Positions 10,549 to 16,839 of a stretch of 16,839 bases of DNA are shown here, in pieces. The DNA comes from Utricularia gibba (Eukaryota > Plantae > Magnoliophyta). Position 1 is the stretch's first letter, and each line of letters starts with the position of its first letter. Made by a program: the position numbers and the translations under genes. A model generated the notes under the pieces. That model saw only the letters and a list, made by a program, of their open reading frames with translations. It did no database searches and had not been told where the DNA came from. The DNA lies in NCBI GenBank assembly GCA_002189035.1, contig NEEC01000508.1:1-16839 (forward strand), given 5' to 3'.

Positions 10549-12118
10549 TTCTCGTTTTGTGGCGGCCAGTCTCGCTGGGAACTTGGTCCTTGACCCCGAT
10601 TCTGTATGGCTCATGAGGTCAACTGGATGCAAATCGATTAAAAAAATGATGCATTTGTTTAAATTATGATGTCACGTGCACCCCACATGATTTTTTCAAC
10701 AACTTACTTTATACATGAGGAGGCGGTCTTTGGGTGGGAACGGGAAAAAGGTCAGCTTAGGCTTGCCCCAAGTAGTTGTAGTCCGGCAAATAAAGTGATG
10801 TATTTATTATCGTTCGGTTTTCGGGGGCTGCCTACATGGTTTTTCAAGGAACCGCTTCTCGTTTTGGCGGCCAGTCTCGCTGGGAACTTGGTCCTTGACC
10901 CGATTCTGTATGGCTCATGAGGTCAACGGATGCAAATCGATTAAAAAAATGATGCATTTGTTTAAATACGATATCACGTGCACCCACATGATTTTTTCAA
11001 ACTTACTTTATACTTGAGAGGCGGTCTTGGGGGGGAGGAACCGGACAAAGGCAGCTTAGGCTTGGCCGAAAGTAAGTTGTAGCCCGGCAAAGAAAGTGAT
11101 GTATTTATTAACGTTCGGTTTTCGGGGTGCCTACATGGTTTTTCAAGGAACCGCTTCTCGTTTTGTGGCGGCCAGTCTCGCTGGGAACTTGGTCCTTGAC
11201 CCGATTCTGTATGGCTCATGAGGTCAACTGGATGCAAATCGATTAAAAAAAATGATGCATTTGTTTAAATTATGATGTCACGTGCACCCCACATGATTTT
11301 TTTAACAACATACTTTATACATGAGGAGGCGGTCTTGGGGGCACTTGGAACCGGAAAAAGATCAGCTTAGGCCTTGGCCCAAAGTAAGTTGTAGCCGGCA
11401 AAGAAAGTGATGTATTTATTAACGTTCGGTTTTCGGGGGTGCCTACATGGTTTTTCAAGGAACCGCTTCTCGTTTTGTGGCGGCCAGTCTCGCTGGGAAC
11501 TTGGTCCTTGACCCATTCTGTATGGCTCATGAGGTCAACTGGATGCAAATCGATTAAAAAAATGATGCATTGTTTAAATTATGATGTCACGTGCACCCCA
11601 CACATGATTTTTTTAACAACTACTTTATACATGAGGAGGCGGTCTTGGGGGGCACTTGGAACCGGAAAAAGATCAGCTTAGGCCTTGGCCCAAAGTAAGT
11701 TGTAGTCCGGCAAATAAAAGTGATGTATTTATTATCGTTCGGTTTTCGGGGCTGCCTACATGGTTTTTCAAGGAACCGCTTCTCGTTTTGTGGCGGCCAG
11801 TCTCGCTGGGAACTTGGTCCTTGACCGATTCTGTATGGCTCATGAGGTCAACTGGATGCAAATCGATTAAAAAAAATGATCCATTTGTTTAAATTATGAT
11901 GTCACGTGCACCCCACATGATTTTTTCAACAACTTACTTTATACTTGAGAAGGGCGGTCTTTGGGTGCACTTGGAACCGGAAAAAGATCAGCTTAGGCCT
12001 TGGCCCAAAGTAAGTTGTAGCCCGGCAAAGAAAGTGATGTATTTATTAACGTTCGGTTTTCGGTGTTGCCTACATGGTTTTTCAAGGAACAGCTTCTCGT
12101 TTTGTGGCGGCCAGTCTC

Positions 12119-12406
12119 GCTAGGAACTTGGTCCGGGCCCCCGATTCTTTATGGCTCATGAGGACAAAGGATGCAAATCGATGAATACAATGTTGCATTT
12201 GTTTAAATTGCGATATCACGTGCACCCCACATGATTTTTTCAACAACTTACTTTATACTTGAGCAGGCGGTCTTTGGTGCACCTGGAACGGGACAAAGGT
12301 AAGGTTTGGCTTGCACCGAGAGTTAGTTGTAGTCCGGCAAATAAAGTGATGTATTTATTATCGTTCGGTTTTCGGGGGCTGCCTACATGGTTTTTCAAGG
12401 AACCGC
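12119..12406 (+). repeat. Type-B variant monomer, copy 8
   Basis: Clean B haplotype from GCTAGG to GAACCGC. Confidence 0.92.
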
Positions 12407-13665
12407 TTCTCGTTTTGTGGCGGCCAGTCTCGCTGGGAACTTGGTCCTTGACCCCGATTCTGTATGGCTCATGAGGTCAACTGGATGCAAATCGATTAAA
12501 AAAAATGATGCATTTGTTTAAATTATGATGTCACGTGCACCCCACATGATTTTTTCAAAACTTACTTTATACTTGAGGGCGGTCTTGGGTGCACTGGAAC
12601 GGGAAAAGGTCAGTTTGGCTTGCCCAAGTAAGTTGTAGCCCGGCAAAAAGTGATGTATTTATTAACGTTCGGTTTTCGGGGCCTACATGGTTTTTCAAGG
12701 AACCGCTTCTCGTTTTGTGGCGGCCAGTCTCGCTGGGAACTTGGTCCTTGACCCCGATTCTGTATGGCTCATGAGGTCAACTGGATGCAAATCGATTAAA
12801 AAAAATGATGCATTTGTTTAAATTATGATGTCACGTGCACCCCACATGATTTTTTCAACAACTTACTTTATACTTGAGAGGCGGTCTTTGGGTGCACTGG
12901 AACGGGAAAAGGTAAGTTAGGCTTGCCCAAAGTAAGTTGTAGCCGGCAAATAAAGTGATGTATTTATTATCGTTCGGTTTTCGGGGCTGCCTACATGGTT
13001 TTTCAAGGAACCGCTTCTCGTTTTGTGGCGGCCAGTCTCGCTGGGAACTTGGTCCTTGACCCCGATTCTGTATGGCTCATGAGGTCAACTGGATGCAAAT
13101 CGATTAAAAAAATGATGCATTGTTTAAATTATGATGTCACGTGCACCCCACATGATTTTTTTAACAACATACTTTACATGAGGAGGCGGTCTTGGGGGGC
13201 ACTTGGAACCGGAAAAAGATCAGCTTAGGCCTTGGCCCAAAGTAAGTTGTAGCCGGCAAATAAAGTGATGTATTTATTATCGTTCGGTTTTCGGGGCTGC
13301 CTACATGGTTTTTCAAGGAACCGCTTCTCGTTTTGTGGCGGCCAGTCTCGCTGGGAACTTGGTCCTTGACCCCGATTCTGTATGGCTCATGAGGTCAACT
13401 GGATGCAAATCGATTAAAAAAAATGATGCATTTGTTTAAAATTATGATGTCACGTGCACCCCACATGATTTTTTCAACAACTTACTTTATACTTGAGAAG
13501 GCGGTCTTTGGGTGCACTTGGAACCGGAAAAAGATCAGCTTAGGCCTTGGCCCAAAGTAAGTTGTAGCCCGGCAAAGAAAGTGATGTATTTATTAACGTT
13601 CGGTTTTCGGTGTTGCCTACATGGTTTTTCAAGGAACAGCTTCTCGTTTTGTGGCGGCCAGTCTC

Positions 13666-13942
13666 GCTAGGAACTTGGTCCGGGCCCGCGATTCTTTATG
13701 GCTCATGAGGACAAAAGGATGCAAATCGATGAATACAATGTTGCATTTGTTTAAATTGCGATATCACGTGCACCCCACATGATTTTTTAACAACTTACTT
13801 TATACTTGAGAGGCGGTCTTTGGGTGCACTGGAACGGGATAAGTTTGGCTTGCCCAGAGTAGTTGTAGTCCGGCAAATAAAGTGATGTATTTATTATCGT
13901 TCGGTTTTCGGGGGCTGCCTACATGGTTTTTCAAGGAACCGC
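13666..13942 (+). repeat. Type-B variant monomer, copy 9
   Basis: GCTAGG, CCGGGCCCGCG, GAGGACAAAAGG and TTGCGATATCACG are present; the right half has short deletions (GGAACGGGATAAGTTTGG). Confidence 0.87.
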
Positions 13943-15305
13943 TTCTCGTTTTGTGGCGGCCAGTCTCGCTGGGAACTTGGTCCTTGACCCCGATTCTGTA
14001 TGGCTCATGAGGTCAACTGGATGCAAATCGATTAAAAAAATGATGCATTTGTTTAAATTATGATGTCACGTGCACCCCACATGATTTTTTCAACAACTTA
14101 CTTTATACTTGAGGAGGCGGTCTTTGGGTGCACTGGAACGGGAAAAGGTCAGCTTGGCCAAGTAGTTGTAGCCGGCAAAGAAAGTGATGTATTATTATCG
14201 TTCGGTTTTCGGGGTGCCTACATGGTTTTTCAAGGAACCGCTTCTCGTTTTGTGGCGGCCAGTCTCGCTGGGAACTTGGTCCTTGACCCCGATTCTGTAT
14301 GGCTCATGAGGTCAACTGGATGCAAATCGATTAAAAAAAATGATGCATTTGTTTAAATTATGATGTCACGTGCACCCCACATGATTTTTTCAACAACTTA
14401 CTTTATACTTGAGAGGCGGTCTTTGGGTGCACTGGAACGGGACAAAGGTAAGTTTGGCTTGCCCGAGAGTAGTTGTAGCCGGCAAATAAAGTGATGTATT
14501 TATTATCGTTCGGTTTTCGGGGCTGCCTACATGGTTTTTCAAGGAACCGCTTCTCGTTTTGTGGCGGCCAGTCTCGCTGGGAACTTGGTCCTTGACCCCG
14601 ATTCTGTATGGCTCATGAGGTCAACTGGATGCAAATCGATTAAAAAAAATGATGCATTTGTTTAAATTATGATGTCACGTGCACCCCACATGATTTTTTC
14701 AACAACTTACTTTATACTTGAGAGGCGGTCTTGGGTGCACTTGGAACGGGAAAAAGGTAAGTTTGGCTTGCCCAAGTTAGTTGTAGCCGGCAAAGAAAGT
14801 GATGTATTTATTAACGTTCGGTTTTCGGGTTGCCTACATGGTTTTTCAAGGAACCGCTTCTCGTTTTGTGGCGGCCAGTCTCGCTGGGAACTTGGTCCTT
14901 GACCCGATTCTGTATGGCTCATGAGGTCAACTGGATGCAAATCGATTAAAAAAAATGATGCATTTGTTTAAATTTGATGTCACGTGCACCCCACATGATT
15001 TTTTCAACAACTTACTTTATACTTGAGAAGGCGGTCTTGGGGCACTTGGAACCGGAAAAAGGTCAGCTTAGGCCTTGGCCCAAAGTAAGTTGTAGCCGGC
15101 AAATAAAAGTGATGTATTTATTATCGTTCGGTTTTCGGGGTGCCTACATGGTTTTTCAAGGAACCGCTTCTCGTTTTGTGGCGGCCAGTCTCGCTGGGAA
15201 CTTGGTCCTTGACCCGATTCTGTATGCTCATGAGGTCAACTGGATGCAAATCGATTAAAAAATGATGCATTTGTTTAAATTATGATGTCACGTGCACCCC
15301 ACATG

Positions 15306-15606
15306 ATTTTTTCAACAACTTACTTTATACTTGAGCAGGCGGTCTTTGGGTGCACTGGAACGGGACAAAGGTAAGTTTGGCTTGCACCGAAGTTAGTTGT
15401 AGTCCGGCAAAAAAAGTGATGTATTTATTATCGTTCGTTTTTCGGGGGCTGCCTACATGGTTTTTCAAGGAACAGCTTCTCGTTTTGTGGCGGCCAGTCT
15501 CGCTGGAACTTGGTCCGGGCCCCGATTCTTTATGGCTCATGAGGACAAAAGGATGCAAATCGATGAATACAATGTTGCATTTGTTTAAATTCGATATCAC
15601 GTGCAC
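15306..15606 (+). repeat. Type-B sequence in permuted phase (copy 10): B right half followed by B left half
   Basis: 15306-15465 has TTGAGCAGG...GGGACAAAGGTAAG...CTTGCACCG after an A-type left half. 15502-15606 has CCGGGCCCC...GAGGACAAAAGG...GATATCACG and is followed by a mosaic right half. Confidence 0.8.
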
Positions 15607-16444
15607 CCCACATGATTTTTTCAACAACTTACTTTATACTTGAGGAGGCGGTCTTGGGCACTGGAAAAAAGGTCAGCTTTGGCTTGCCCAAAGTAGTTGT
15701 AGTCCGCAAATAAAGTGATGTATTTATTATCGTTCGGTTTTCGGGGTGCCTACATGGTTTTTCAAGGAACGCTTCTCGTTTTGTGGCGGCCAGTCTCGCT
15801 GGGAACTTGGTCCTTGACCCCGATTCTGTATGGCTCATGAGGTCAACTGGATGCAAATCGATTAAAAATGATGCATTTGTTTAATTATGATGTCACGTGC
15901 ACCCCACATGATTTTTTCAACAACTTACTTTATACTTGAGAAGGCGGTCTTGGGGGGCACTTGGAACGGAAAAAGGTCAGCTTAGGCTTGGCCCAAAGTA
16001 AGTTGTAGTCCGGCAAATAAAGTGATGTATTTATTATCGTTCGGTTTTCGGGGGCTGCCTACATGGTTTTTCAAGGAACCGCTTCTCGTTTTGTGGCGGC
16101 CAGTCTCGCTGGGAACTTGGTCCTTGACCCCGATTCTGTATGGCTCATGAGGTCAACTGGATGCAAATCGATTAAAAAAAATGATGCATTTGTTTAAATT
16201 ATGATGTCACGTGCACCCCACATGATTTTTTCAACAACTTACTTTATACTTGAGAGGCGGTCTTTGGGTGCACTGGAACGGAAAAGGTCAGCTTAGGCTT
16301 GCCCAAGTAAGTTGTAGCCCGGCAAAGAAAGTGATGTATTTATTAACGTTCGGTTTTCGGGGGTGCCTACATGGTTTTTCAAGGAACAGCTTCTCGTTTT
16401 GTGGCGGCCAGTCTCGCTGGAACTTGGTCCTTGACCCCGATTCT

Positions 16445-16690
16445 TTATGGCTCATGAGGACAAAAGGATGCAAATCGATGAACAATGTTGCATTTGTTTA
16501 AATTGCGATATCACGTGCACCCCACATGATTTTTTCAACAACTTACTTTATACTTGAGCAGGCGGTCTTGGCACCTGGAACGGCAAAGGTAAGTTTGGCT
16601 TGCACCGAGAGTAGTTGTAGTCCGGCAAATAAAGTGATGTATTTATTATCGTTCGGTTTTCGGGGGCTGCCTACATGGTTTTTCAAGGAA
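16445..16690 (+). repeat. Type-B variant monomer, copy 11 (A-type 5' end)
   Basis: A-type CCTTGACCCC switches to B at GATTCTTTATGG, then GAGGACAAAAGG, TTGCGATATCACG, TTGAGCAGG and CTTGCACCGAGAG. Confidence 0.85.
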
Positions 16691-16839
16691 CGCTTCTCGT
16701 TTTGTGGCGGCCAGTCTCGCTGGGAACTTGGTCCTTGACCCCGATTCTGTATGGCTCATGAGGTCAACTGGATGCAAATCGATTAAAAAAATGATGCATT
16801 TGTTTAAATTACGATATCACGTGCACCCACATGATTTTT

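Larger units (their letters stand above)
6684..11587 (+). repeat. Two tandem copies of an 8-monomer (~2.46 kb) higher-order unit: 6684-9125 and 9126-11587
   Basis: Private variants recur at a ~2,460-2,465 bp offset: G-run replacing CACTT (7338-7347 and 9803-9811), two successive TTACGATG monomers (anchors 7280+7588 and 9745+10052), a clean B (7899 and 10359), and CAACGG plus AAATACG deletions (8462+8501 and 10924+10964). Confidence 0.75.
11588..15597 (+). repeat. 5-monomer (~1.54 kb) higher-order unit: 11588-13137, 13138-14675 and a partial third copy
   Basis: The TTGAGAAGG marker occurs at 11945, 13493 and 15023. B monomers follow at anchors 12217 and 13765, and a B right half at 15289. A-head/B-tail monomers occur at 11588 and 13138. 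Near-identical TTGAGAGGCGGTCTTTGGGTGCACTGG monomers occur at 12832 and 14367. Confidence 0.7.
1..16839. repeat. Tandem satellite DNA array, ~310-bp monomer, ~54.5 head-to-tail copies, no interruptions or inversions
   Basis: Anchor CACGTGCAC starts at 152, 463, 775, 1082, 1392, 1707, 2019, 2330, 2642, 2954, 3266, 3582, 3889, 4200, 4513, 4822, 5129, 5439, 5752, 6059, 6371, 6684, 6969, 7280, 7588, 7899, 8213, 8512, 8814, 9126, 9437, 9745, 10052, 10359, 10673, 10975, 11279, 11588, 11903, 12217, 12532, 12832, 13138, 13451, 13765, 14067, 14367, 14676, 14981, 15289, 15598, 15894, 16208, 16512 and 16818 (55 copies, mean spacing ~309 bp). All sequence between anchors aligns to the same unit. The array runs off both window edges. 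Confidence 0.99.

Noticed and set aside
829-16738. All ORFs in the supplied track (60-104 aa, both strands)
   Set aside because: They are the same few chance frames recurring once per monomer, opened and closed by homopolymer indels. None resembles a protein family I recognise, and no frame is conserved between copies.
1-16839. CRISPR array
   Set aside because: There are no unique spacers. The entire ~310-bp unit is repeated, and no cas genes or leader are present.
1-16839. Homopolymer length differences as true polymorphisms
   Set aside because: They cannot be distinguished from long-read sequencing error without raw reads.
1-16839. Assignment to grass CentO/CentC on the basis of the ~156-bp subunit
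   Set aside because: Only the length matches; I see no sequence similarity to those repeats as I recall them.

Overview
The whole 16,839-bp window is one uninterrupted head-to-tail tandem array of a ~310-bp satellite monomer (~44% GC). The anchor CACGTGCAC occurs 55 times, from 152 to 16818, giving a mean period of ~309 bp and individual periods of 285-316 bp. I find no genes, RNA genes, transposons or CRISPR spacers; the listed ORFs are chance frames repeated once per monomer. The array looks like eukaryotic satellite DNA, possibly centromeric or pericentromeric, but I do not recognise the family or species. It has several layers of structure. (i) The monomer is a diverged dimer of ~156-bp subunits. 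(ii) There are two monomer families: common type A and type B (11 copies, ~85% identical to A by hand count, never two intact B copies adjacent). (iii) Local higher-order periods of 8, 5 and 3 monomers occur, and possibly 9. (iv) Site-by-site A/B mosaic monomers and homopolymer-length noise increase left to right, which may be a consensus/polishing artefact rather than biology. I see no evidence of a novel protein- or RNA-coding system.
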